Positions 10,234 through 18,641 of a stretch of 64,000 bases of DNA are shown piece after piece. The stretch lies in the NCBI GenBank assembly GCA_963718615.1, contig OY970368.1, positions 3,456,001 through 3,520,000 on the forward strand, given 5' to 3'. The stretch's first letter is position 1. Every line of letters begins with the position of its first letter. The notes below the pieces were generated by a model that had not been told where the DNA came from, made no database searches, and was given only the letters and a program-made list of their open reading frames with translations. Made by a program: the position numbers and the translations under genes. Origin of the DNA: an uncultured cyanobacterium (GTDB taxonomy: Bacteria > Cyanobacteriota > Cyanobacteriia > PCC-9006 > JAAUQQ01).

Positions 10234-10773
10234 ATGACTCAAGCATCCGGAGCCTCCGATGTCCCCAGTATGGGGCGTCGCCAATTCATGAATTTATTGA
10301 CCTGGGGGACGACCACTGGCGTGGTGCTAGGTGGTCTATATCCCGTTGTGCGGTACTTTATTCCGCCCTCGTCCGGTAGCGGAGGGGGAGGGGTCACGGC
10401 CAAGGATGCCCTCGGTAACGATGTGGTTGCTAGTGCTTTTTTGGTAGAACATCCGGTGGGCGATCGCGTTCTCGTTCAAGGTCTTAAGGGTGACCCGACC
10501 TACCTCGTGGTTGAGGGGCCTGAGGCCATTCAGGATTATGGCATCAGTGCCATCTGCACCCACTTGGGCTGCGTTGTTCCCTGGAACGCCAGCGAAAATA
10601 AATTTATTTGTCCTTGCCATGGGTCCCAGTACGACAGCACCGGCAAGGTGGTACGCGGACCTGCTCCGTTGTCTTTGGCCCTGGCCCATGTCGAGGTCAA
10701 TGATGACAAGGTCAGTCTAACGACTTGGACCGAAACCGACTTCCGGACGGGTGACGAGCCCTATTGGTCGTAG
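10234..10773 (+). CDS. petC: Cytochrome b6f Rieske iron-sulfur subunit
   Basis: Tat motif GRRQFM, CTHLGC and CPCHGS, GPAPLSL. Confidence 0.97.
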   Translation: MTQASGASDVPSMGRRQFMNLLTWGTTTGVVLGGLYPVVRYFIPPSSGSGGGGVTAKDALGNDVVASAFLVEHPVGDRVLVQGLKGDPTYLVVEGPEAIQDYGISAICTHLGCVVPWNASENKFICPCHGSQYDSTGKVVRGPAPLSLALAHVEVNDDKVSLTTWTETDFRTGDEPYWS

Positions 10774-10789
10774 CGGCGTCTGTTTTAGG

Positions 10790-10840
10790 CCTGTGTTTTG
10801 GACCTGTGTTTTGGGCCTGTGTTTTGGGCCTGCGTTTTTA
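10790..10840. repeat. 13-bp tandem repeat (CCTGTGTTTTGGR) x~4
   Basis: Read directly in petC-petA spacer. Confidence 0.75.
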
Positions 10841-10878
10841 CACCCTTTAATGTGTTGGCGAATCCTAAACCCTTTAAG

Positions 10879-11859
10879 ATGAGAAACCTTTTTTTAACCC
10901 CTCGCTTACGGCGTGCTCTTAGCTGGGCCTCTCGCTCTACCGTGGTCGTCTTGCTGGCGATCGCCCTCTTCTTTAGCAGCGATCTACTGGCCCCTCAGTC
11001 CGCTGCGGCTTATCCCTTCTGGGCCCAAGACAAATATGCTTCTCCTCGGGAAGCCACGGGTCGCATTGTCTGTGCCAACTGCCACCTGGCCAAAAAGGCG
11101 GTAAAAGTGGAAGTGCCCCAGGCGGTGCTGCCGGATACGGTCTTTAAGGCCGTGGTCGAAATTCCCTACGAAGATGGCCTACAGCAAATCCAAGCAGATG
11201 GCAGCAAGGGCGGTCTCAATGTCGGTGCGGTGCTGATGTTGCCCGAGGGCTTCAAGCTTGCTCCGGCGGATCGTCTGTCTGAAGAACTGCAAGAAGAGAC
11301 CCAAGGCGTTTTCTATCAGACCTACAGCGCGGATCAAGAGAACGTGATTATCGTCGGTCCCTTACCCGGTGATGATAACCGCGAGATCGTTTTCCCCGTG
11401 CTCTCACCGGATCCCAGTACTGACAAGAGCGTTCACTTTGGTAAATATTCTGTCCATCTCGGCGGTAACCGGGGTCGGGGTCAGGTCTATCCGACCGGTG
11501 AAAACAGCAATAACAATGTCATCAAGGCCAAGACTGCTGGGACTGTGACGGCGATCGCCTCCAGCGATTCTGGCTCGACCGTTACCCTCAGCACCGAAAA
11601 TGGCTCTGAATCCGTTGATATTCCGGCGGGTCTGACCGTAGCGGTTGCTGAAGGCGATGACGTTGCCGTGGGCACGCTCCTCAGCAACGACCCTAACGTC
11701 GGTGGCTTTGGCCAAATGGACACGGAGATCGTGCTCCAAAGTAGCGGGCGCATTGCCGGTATGTTGGTCTTCTTTGCCGGTGTGATGCTGGTGCAAATCA
11801 TGCTGGTACTGAAGAAGAAGCAGGTGGAGAAAGTCCAAGCGGCTGAGATGAATTTCTAG
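10879..11859 (+). CDS. petA: Apocytochrome f
   Basis: YPFWAQ, CANCH heme motif, C-terminal TM + [15 protein letters not shown]. Confidence 0.97.
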   Translation: MRNLFLTPRLRRALSWASRSTVVVLLAIALFFSSDLLAPQSAAAYPFWAQDKYASPREATGRIVCANCHLAKKAVKVEVPQAVLPDTVFKAVVEIPYEDGLQQIQADGSKGGLNVGAVLMLPEGFKLAPADRLSEELQEETQGVFYQTYSADQENVIIVGPLPGDDNREIVFPVLSPDPSTDKSVHFGKYSVHLGGNRGRGQVYPTGENSNNNVIKAKTAGTVTAIASSDSGSTVTLSTENGSESVDIPAGLTVAVAEGDDVAVGTLLSNDPNVGGFGQMDTEIVLQSSGRIAGMLVFFAGVMLVQIMLVLKKKQVEKVQAAEMNF

Positions 11860-11911
11860 GATGATGTTCTAGATAGTTATCGTTCTTTGATCACTTTGTT
11901 TAATCACTTTC

Positions 11912-11948
11912 AAAATGGGGGGCTCTGGTCAGGGTCTCCCATTTTTTT
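11912..11948 (+). terminator. petCA terminator
   Basis: AAAATGGGGGGCTCTG..CAGGGTCTCCCATTTTTTT. Confidence 0.65.
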
Positions 11949-11976
11949 GTTTTTGATGCTGCCGTCAAACTGGACT

Positions 11977-12004
11977 GGCAATGGGCAATGGGCAATGGGC
12001 AATG
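11977..12004. repeat. Heptamer STRR-type tandem repeat (GGCAATG)x4
   Basis: Four perfect copies; STRR heptamers are typical of cyanobacteria. Confidence 0.85.
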
Positions 12005-12099
12005 GGGCATTGTCAATGCGATCGCGAACCCCGACCTACGCCAAGCGTTATCATCGAAACGGATGTCAATGAAAGCAAGCTGCGTTACAGGAGACTGCC

Positions 12100-12678
12100 A
12101 TGTTTGCAAGCCAAGCCGACACCTCCATCTCTCCCGAAGAATATCTCGCGATGGAACTGGCCAGCCCGATTAAGCATGAGTATATTGATGGGGAAATCTT
12201 TGCGATGGCGGGGTCGAGTGATGACCATGCCACGATCGTTTTGAATTTAGCGGCAATTTTGAAGGGGAAACTGCGAGGAAGCAACTGTCGGCCCTTGGCA
12301 GATGTGAAGGCTAAGGTTTTTCGGAGCAGCCGCTATTATTATCCCGATTTGATGGTGACCTGCGACGAACGTGATCGGGGCGATCGCTACGTCAAACAGT
12401 ATTACAAACTGATTATTGAAGTCTTATCTGAATCGACGGAAGCCTTTGACCGGGGACGTAAATTTGAGGACTATCGTCGTTCAGAGTCCCTAGAAGAATA
12501 CGTGTTGATCTCCCAGGACCGGATGAATGTTGAGGTTTACCGACGCAATGCCGCAGGACGCTGGGAGTTGCAGGCCTATCAAACGGATGAGGTCGTGGAA
12601 TTGGTCAGCGTGGGGGTGAGTTGTGCGATCGCCGATCTCTACGAAGATGTGGCGCTTCCCCCGGAAGAAACCGATTAA
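12100..12678 (+). CDS. Uma2 family (PD-(D/E)XK-like) endonuclease
   Basis: KHEYIDGEIFAMAG, YYYPD, IIEVLSEST..DRG.KF..Y. Confidence 0.9.
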   Translation: MFASQADTSISPEEYLAMELASPIKHEYIDGEIFAMAGSSDDHATIVLNLAAILKGKLRGSNCRPLADVKAKVFRSSRYYYPDLMVTCDERDRGDRYVKQYYKLIIEVLSESTEAFDRGRKFEDYRRSESLEEYVLISQDRMNVEVYRRNAAGRWELQAYQTDEVVELVSVGVSCAIADLYEDVALPPEETD

Positions 12679-12700
12679 CTTCGCCTCTGTGCATCAGCCT

Positions 12701-13294
12701 TCAGGCGTCCCAAGAAATCCCCTCGTAAATCTCTCCAAGCCCCATCTCAATATCAATAGAACCAAAGGCAATTACATCTTCCAGACTTTCATAAACCCGA
12801 TATTGCCAAAATCCTTGATCCGTCTTGATGTAATGTTGCACTTCCAAACTGTACTGATCGACCATCACATACTCTTGCAGACTATCCAAGGCGCGATAGA
12901 GCCGGAACTTGTCCGTGCGATCATAGGCCTCTGTGGACTGCGACAAAATCTCCACAATCAAACAGGGATTGGTTAGCGTATCCGTTCGGTTGTTATAGGG
13001 AATCGGTTCTCCTGCGATCGCCATGACATCTGGGTAGGTCATTTTCTGATACTTCGCAATCCAAACCTTGACATCCCCACTAAATAGCTTATAGCCCTTA
13101 CCACGCAGAGCATATTTCAAAAAAGCTGCAATATTCAGCGCCAGCGTATTGTGATTAAACGACCCACCTGCCATCGGCACGACTTCTCCATCATGAAACT
13201 CGCTCTTGAATTCAGCCTGCTCTTCCAACGCCAGATATTCTTCCAGCGTGTAGCGCTTTGGGGGGGCGATCGCCTCTCTATCTGTTAGCTGCAT
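12701..13294 (-). CDS. Uma2 family endonuclease
   Basis: KSEFHDGEVVPMAGGS, TYPD, VEILSQST..DR..KF..Y; start trimmed to ATG 13294. Confidence 0.9.
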   Translation of the reverse strand: MQLTDREAIAPPKRYTLEEYLALEEQAEFKSEFHDGEVVPMAGGSFNHNTLALNIAAFLKYALRGKGYKLFSGDVKVWIAKYQKMTYPDVMAIAGEPIPYNNRTDTLTNPCLIVEILSQSTEAYDRTDKFRLYRALDSLQEYVMVDQYSLEVQHYIKTDQGFWQYRVYESLEDVIAFGSIDIEMGLGEIYEGISWDA

Positions 13295-13406
13295 GGGATA
13301 TCTCTCACGGGCTCCTGATGAGGAAATTGTAGCCTTAAGGACAGGATGAAGCACAGTAAGATAAAAACGAATCAATTTCGCCATAGACCGTAACGTTTCT
13401 TTCCCC

Positions 13407-14732
13407 ATGCAAACCGAATATCGCCATCGTCGCGATCGCCTCCTCCGCAAACTGGGCAACAGCACCGCCATCTTCCGCAGTGCCCCCCAGGCCATCATGC
13501 ACAACGACGTGGAATACAACTTCCGCCAGGACAGCGACTTTTACTACCTCACCGGCTTCAATGAACCGGATGCCGTTGCCGTCTTCGCTCCCCACCATGA
13601 AGAACACAAATTTATTCTGTTCGTGCGGCCCAAGGATGCCTTGGCGGAAACCTGGAGCGGCTATCGCACCGGAGTGGATCTGGCGAAGGAACTGCATGGA
13701 GCGGATGCAGTGTTTCCCATTGCCGAACTCGATGAAAAACTCCCCGACTATCTCAAACAGGCGGACCGCATTTACTATCGGTTTGGGGCCGATGAAGCCT
13801 TTAATTCCAAGGTAATTTGTCACTGGCGCAAGCAAATGCGCGGCTTCCAACGGCATGGTACCGGACCGTTAGCGCTGGAGCATTCTGGACAGTTGCTGGA
13901 TCCACTACGGTTGGTCAAAAGCGAAGCGGAACTGGCCTTGATTCGGCGGGCAGTGGCGATCGCCACCGAAGCCCACAACCTCGCCCTAGACTTTGCCCAG
14001 GTGGGTCATTACGAATACCAAATCCAGGCGGAGATGGAATACCTGTTCCGCAAACAGGGAGCGCTGGGTCCGGCCTATCCTTCCATTGTCGCCTCGGGTC
14101 CCAATGCCTGTATCTTGCATTATGTCGAAAATAACCGTCAGATCCAAGCCAATGAGTTGCTGTTGATCGATGCCGGTTGCTCGGTGGATTATTACAACTC
14201 GGATATCACGCGCACATTTCCGGTGGGGGATGGGTTTACAACGGAACAGGCGATTCTCTACGATTTGGTTCTGGAGGCGCAGCAGCAGGCGATCGCCGCC
14301 GTCCAACCGGGCAATACATTTAATCAATCCCATGACGCCGCCGTCAGCGTTCTGGTCGATGGTTTTTTAGAACTGGGGTTATTACAAGGCGAAAAGGAAG
14401 AAATTATCAAAGAGGAAAAATACAAACACTTGTACATGCATCGAACTGGCCACTGGCTGGGTCTCGATGTCCATGATGTTGGCTCCTACAAACACAACAA
14501 GGACGACTGGCGACAGTTCCAGGCTAACCAGGTTGTTACCGTCGAACCGGGAGTTTATATTAGCCCCACCATCGAAGCCCCGGAGGGCCAGCCCCCCATT
14601 CCCGAGCGCTGGCGCGGTATCGGCATCCGGATTGAAGATGATGTACTTGTTACTTCGACGGGGAACGAAGTGTTGACTGCGGGGGTGCCGAAAGACCGAG
14701 CGGAACTGGAGTATCGTCGTCCCGGTTCGTAA
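13407..14732 (+). CDS. pepP: Xaa-Pro aminopeptidase (aminopeptidase P)
   Basis: FRQDSDFYYLTGF, IDAG..Y.SDITRTFP, HWLGLDVHD, VEPG, IRIEDD. Confidence 0.93.
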   Translation: MQTEYRHRRDRLLRKLGNSTAIFRSAPQAIMHNDVEYNFRQDSDFYYLTGFNEPDAVAVFAPHHEEHKFILFVRPKDALAETWSGYRTGVDLAKELHGADAVFPIAELDEKLPDYLKQADRIYYRFGADEAFNSKVICHWRKQMRGFQRHGTGPLALEHSGQLLDPLRLVKSEAELALIRRAVAIATEAHNLALDFAQVGHYEYQIQAEMEYLFRKQGALGPAYPSIVASGPNACILHYVENNRQIQANELLLIDAGCSVDYYNSDITRTFPVGDGFTTEQAILYDLVLEAQQQAIAAVQPGNTFNQSHDAAVSVLVDGFLELGLLQGEKEEIIKEEKYKHLYMHRTGHWLGLDVHDVGSYKHNKDDWRQFQANQVVTVEPGVYISPTIEAPEGQPPIPERWRGIGIRIEDDVLVTSTGNEVLTAGVPKDRAELEYRRPGS

Positions 14733-15552
14733 GCGTTAACCCCAGAATCACAACGGCCCCCAGAACACAGGCCAGAAAGGCAAAGCCCAGCCAACGCAGT
14801 GACGGCTGGGTCCAAAGGGAGGGGGTTTCTGGCTTGACCCGGTGGGTTGGCCGACGCGACGGCAGTAAGCGAGCAGTGTGCTGAGGCTGAATGGTCGTCG
14901 GCTGAATGTGCATCGTCGGGAGTTGCGAGGAATGGACCGTCGTTCCTCGGGCTTGCGGGGTCAATGCGTTCAATGGGTTAGCCGGAAGGAGAGGGGGAGG
15001 CGGGGGAGGCAGTGGCTTTGGGGTGGGTCGCTGGGACAAGGTCCGAAAGGCTCGATCTACCCAAGCGGCATCAAAAATCGAGTGGTAAATGCGATTGCCT
15101 AAGATCAGTTGGCCCTGATGCCGCTGAACCAACCCAAGCTGTAGAAGTCTCTGCTGCACAGGATTTTGGAGATTCACATCCTGTGGTTTCCCCGCTAAAA
15201 CCGTTTGATACAGCCTCAGCAGGGACTGACTGCGCCCATCGGTTAAAATACTGCGACAAATACTGCGAATGTGCTGACGCAACTCTGGATTAACGCAGCG
15301 ATCGATACAGTAGGTTTGAATAAAGGTATCCACCCAATGGTCAAGGCTCGGATCAGAACAGGGGTTGCTGCTTGTCCGGGATGCAGAGAGCAGCATTCTG
15401 CAAACATGCTCGGTCAAGACGGGCTGTCCATCGGTCCAAGTGAGTACCCGCTTGAGAATCATCTCCGGGTCGAGCGATCGCTGAGCAAGCTGGACTTCGA
15501 AGTCAAAATCCTGAGTCATTTGACTCAGCAGGTAGTCGAAACGCGGTTGCAT
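14650..15552 (-). CDS. Membrane-anchored protein with the helical C-terminal module of AAA_35-type ATPases (no P-loop)
   Basis: LTWTDGQPVLT..VC and LGLV....GNRIYHSIF...WV motifs, Pro-rich linker, C-terminal TM; start uncertain. Confidence 0.6.
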   Translation of the reverse strand: MQPRFDYLLSQMTQDFDFEVQLAQRSLDPEMILKRVLTWTDGQPVLTEHVCRMLLSASRTSSNPCSDPSLDHWVDTFIQTYCIDRCVNPELRQHIRSICRSILTDGRSQSLLRLYQTVLAGKPQDVNLQNPVQQRLLQLGLVQRHQGQLILGNRIYHSIFDAAWVDRAFRTLSQRPTPKPLPPPPPPLLPANPLNALTPQARGTTVHSSQLPTMHIQPTTIQPQHTARLLPSRRPTHRVKPETPSLWTQPSLRWLGFAFLACVLGAVVILGLTLTNRDDDTPVPLGLSAPPQSTLRSPSK

Positions 15553-15826
15553 AGGAGAACTAGCTGAAGGCAGGCTCGGTCTGGAGGGGGATGCAAATGA
15601 CTCGGAGATTAGCGCTGGGGAAAATTTAAGGTTTAAGGTCAATGATGCTCTAACCCTACCATGATTGACCAAAGCCCGAGAAGAGGGGTGTGGGCACGGT
15701 GCAGGGAAAAATTGGGGGCGATCGCCCGCTACGCCAATTGCCTTTGTTAGAACAGTGGGTGCACCCATCCCTCTAACAAAGGCTTCAGCAAACGTGTCAA
15801 CCAAGGTTTAGATTAGCCTTGGCGGA

Positions 15827-16228
15827 TTATGCAGGCATCAACACAGTATCAATGATGTGAATAACGCCGTTGTCAGCAGCTACATCAGAGGTTGTAACCA
15901 TGGCATTGTTAATTTTGACGCCGTGAGAGGTATCAATTTTTACATCTTCACCCTCAACCGTTTTCGCTGACTTTAACCCCATGATCTCAGCCTCCATCGT
16001 CTTGCCCGAAAGGACGTGATAGGTCAGGATCTTTTTAAGTTGGGGAACATCTTTCAGGAGCTTTTCAACGGTCCCTTTGGGTAACTTGGCGAAGGCTTCG
16101 TCTGTAGGTGCAAAGAGCGTAAAAGGACCCTTACCCTTCAGGGTTTCGACTAAACCTGCAGCTTTGACTGCGGAAACCAAAGTACCAAAGGAACCAGAAT
16201 TAACGGCTGTATCAACGATGTCAGACAT
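15827..16228 (-). CDS. Fasciclin (FAS1) domain protein
   Basis: [27 protein letters not shown]. Confidence 0.93.
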   Translation of the reverse strand: MSDIVDTAVNSGSFGTLVSAVKAAGLVETLKGKGPFTLFAPTDEAFAKLPKGTVEKLLKDVPQLKKILTYHVLSGKTMEAEIMGLKSAKTVEGEDVKIDTSHGVKINNAMVTTSDVAADNGVIHIIDTVLMPA

Positions 16229-16342
16229 TTGTTTTACTCATGATTGAATCTGTTCACGAGAGTATTGTGGCAAACCCATGTGAAGTGAACCCCTTCCTTT
16301 GGACAGAAAGATCTGGCCTAAGCGAGAGTTATTTTACTTTTA

Positions 16343-17212
16343 TCACACTTCTGCATTCTGTTGCTCGCGCATCCACTTTTCTTCAAATTCAGCCGGTGTC
16401 AAATAGCTCAATGACGAGTGGATTCTTTTCTTCATATACACTTCCTCTAGAAACTCTTCTATTCGCTCATAGACCTCACTAAAGTTTCGGTATTCTGATA
16501 GGTCTACTTCCTCTTCTTTGATCGTCCTCATTAATCTTTCCGCATATCCATTCTCCCAGGCTTTCCCGATAGCTGCCATACTAATCTTAACGTTGTGTTC
16601 TTCCAACATTTTTACATAGTCATTCGCTGCATATTGCACCCCTTGATCTGAATGATGTATCTCGGGAATTGCTTTCATCAATCCCTTCTCCAGTGCTGTT
16701 ATCATCAAGCTCTTCTCCATTGTCTTATCCAGGTACCATCCTCGTATACTGCGGGTGAATACATCCATCACCACTGCCAGATAGACAAACTCCTCCTTCA
16801 AGCGGATATAGGTGATGTCCGCCACCCACACCTGCTCAGGACGCATTACCAACAGCCCTTTCTCCAGATTTGGATAACGCCGATAGCCATGCACACTGTT
16901 CGTCGTTCGCTTCCGCCTCACCCGCTTTTGAGCTAGTAGACCTAACTGCCTCATCAGACGACTCACTCGCTTATGGTTGACACTCCATCCTTCTCGCTGA
17001 AGTTGTTTCGTTATCCGTCTGTAACCGTAAGTCGGATATCTTCCTGCAACTTCGATAATCGCTACTCTGAGCTTTTCGTCTTCATCTTCTTTCTCTGACT
17101 TCGGCTTGTAGTAATATCGGCTTCGACTGTATCCAATCACATCGCAAATAATTTGAATGGGATAGTCTTCCTTGAACTCCTCTATCATTTTCCGTTTCCG
17201 CTCAGGTTCCAC
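16343..17212 (-). CDS. IS3 transposase OrfB (DDE/rve), joined to OrfA by -1 frameshift
   Basis: YGYRR, WVADITYI, HHSDQGVQY, ENGYAER..TIKEE, RIHSSL. Confidence 0.92.
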   Translation of the reverse strand: MEPERKRKMIEEFKEDYPIQIICDVIGYSRSRYYYKPKSEKEDEDEKLRVAIIEVAGRYPTYGYRRITKQLQREGWSVNHKRVSRLMRQLGLLAQKRVRRKRTTNSVHGYRRYPNLEKGLLVMRPEQVWVADITYIRLKEEFVYLAVVMDVFTRSIRGWYLDKTMEKSLMITALEKGLMKAIPEIHHSDQGVQYAANDYVKMLEEHNVKISMAAIGKAWENGYAERLMRTIKEEEVDLSEYRNFSEVYERIEEFLEEVYMKKRIHSSLSYLTPAEFEEKWMREQQNAEV

Positions 17213-17487
17213 ACATCCGAAGCTTTTTTTGACACTTCCAGCTCCATTGTCAATCGACCTATCATTCTTTCTAATTCGCTTATTCTCTCTGAGGCTTCGT
17301 CATTTGATTCTTTCCCTTCAAATGCTCGATGGGCCTGCTTGAGAAATTCATTCTTCCACCGGCATAGCACTGATAGATGGACCTTATGAGCTCGACTTGC
17401 CTCCGTCGGCGACCGCTGGCCGCTGACCATTTCCAGTACCACCTTGGCCTTGAACTCGCTGCTGTAATTTCTCTGTCTTTTTGCCAT
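17185..17487 (-). CDS. IS3 transposase OrfA (HTH)
   Basis: RNYSSEFKAKVVLE..., LERMIGRLTMELE..KKA. Confidence 0.9.
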   Translation of the reverse strand: MAKRQRNYSSEFKAKVVLEMVSGQRSPTEASRAHKVHLSVLCRWKNEFLKQAHRAFEGKESNDEASERISELERMIGRLTMELEVSKKASDVWNLSGNGK

Positions 17488-17937
17488 GACCCTTTTGCCT
17501 CCTAGACTTTAGCTTACTCTCTCTCGCCTCTGTTCAGGTTTTGGGGGTCACTTCAAACTACTTTGATGGACCAAACAGCTCGACTACTGTATCTCCATAG
17601 GTTTTTGGAAGTTTCTTCTGTTTTTTGTTTCCATTTGAAACTGCTTTAGGCTTTTTGGATTCTCGATTGCCTTTGCGTTGTTTGGACATGGGAATTCTCC
17701 AGACTAAATGTCATTCATTGCAGTCAGGAAGACCACTAGTGGCTCAACCTGTGCATAGGGCTGTAGTTTTTTGTCAATTCTGTCGGAACTTTAGTGGCAT
17801 CCCTGTTCGGTTGCCTCGCAACGTGTAGCGTGTTCGCTTGATGTCTGTTCCTATTATAAGCGGCTTCAAGATATCTGTGAAAATCTATCTAAATTCCATA
17901 GATGATATGGATTCGCTATAATCTCTACGAAACTGTT

Positions 17938-18444
17938 TTAACTTAGGGAATAAACTTTTGAACAACGGGATAGCTGTTTTGTCTTTGCCTCCATCAATCG
18001 GCCTTGGAAAATAGGCAGAATCGTAATGATGGAAAGCTGTGCAAGATTCCAGACTTCACGAATAAACTGATCTAGATCAATGGGCTTGATTAAATAAGCC
18101 TCAATTTTGAGCTGAAGCTGATCAGTGAGGCAAGTAGAGGGGCAGGTTGAGATCACCATGACAGGAATCGTTCTGCTATCCCCAAGAGCAAGATGTCTCA
18201 CTCGCTGAATTAAGGGATAAACGGTTTCGCCCAAAAATCTCATTTCACAAATCAAAACGGTGGGTATGTACCAATCTAAAAAGTCTAGGGCTTCTTTAAC
18301 TGAACCGATCGCGGTTACGTTTGCACCATAGGTTTTCAGTACAAACGTATATAATTCCTGGCTACCTTGATCGTTATCAACTACGAGCACATGAACGTTT
18401 TTAAGAACGTCAGGAGTCAAGGAGATTTCATTAATAGCCGTCAT
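17938..18444 (-). CDS. Atypical (pseudo-)receiver domain protein
   Basis: VLVVDND, LICEMRF (E at phospho-Asp position), YLIKPID; start uncertain (18444 or 18486). Confidence 0.75.
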   Translation of the reverse strand: MTAINEISLTPDVLKNVHVLVVDNDQGSQELYTFVLKTYGANVTAIGSVKEALDFLDWYIPTVLICEMRFLGETVYPLIQRVRHLALGDSRTIPVMVISTCPSTCLTDQLQLKIEAYLIKPIDLDQFIREVWNLAQLSIITILPIFQGRLMEAKTKQLSRCSKVYSLS

Positions 18445-18641
18445 CTTGATTGCCCCAATTGTGATGAGAGTATTTCTGAAACTCAATAGCAGTAACCCTG
18501 TTTGACTGCTAAAGTTGTACGACTGTTTATCTAGGACTAGAAAAAATTCTCTTGCTACTCGGATTATATTAATGGATGGCCAGTTGATTTCCTGAGTGAA
18601 TTGATTGACTTTAGATTAATTGATGAAGAACGATACAAAAT

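Larger units (their letters stand above)
16281..17555 (-). mobile_element. IS3-family insertion sequence (~1275 bp)
   Basis: TG...CA ends with imperfect IRs TGAAGTGAACCCC (16281) / GGGGGTCACTTCA (ends 17555); orfA/orfB layout; A7 slippery run at 17224-17230. Confidence 0.92.

Noticed and set aside
12100-13294. Convergent Uma2 pair as a novel system
   Set aside because: Uma2 genes are highly expanded and scattered in cyanobacteria; no additional structure seen.
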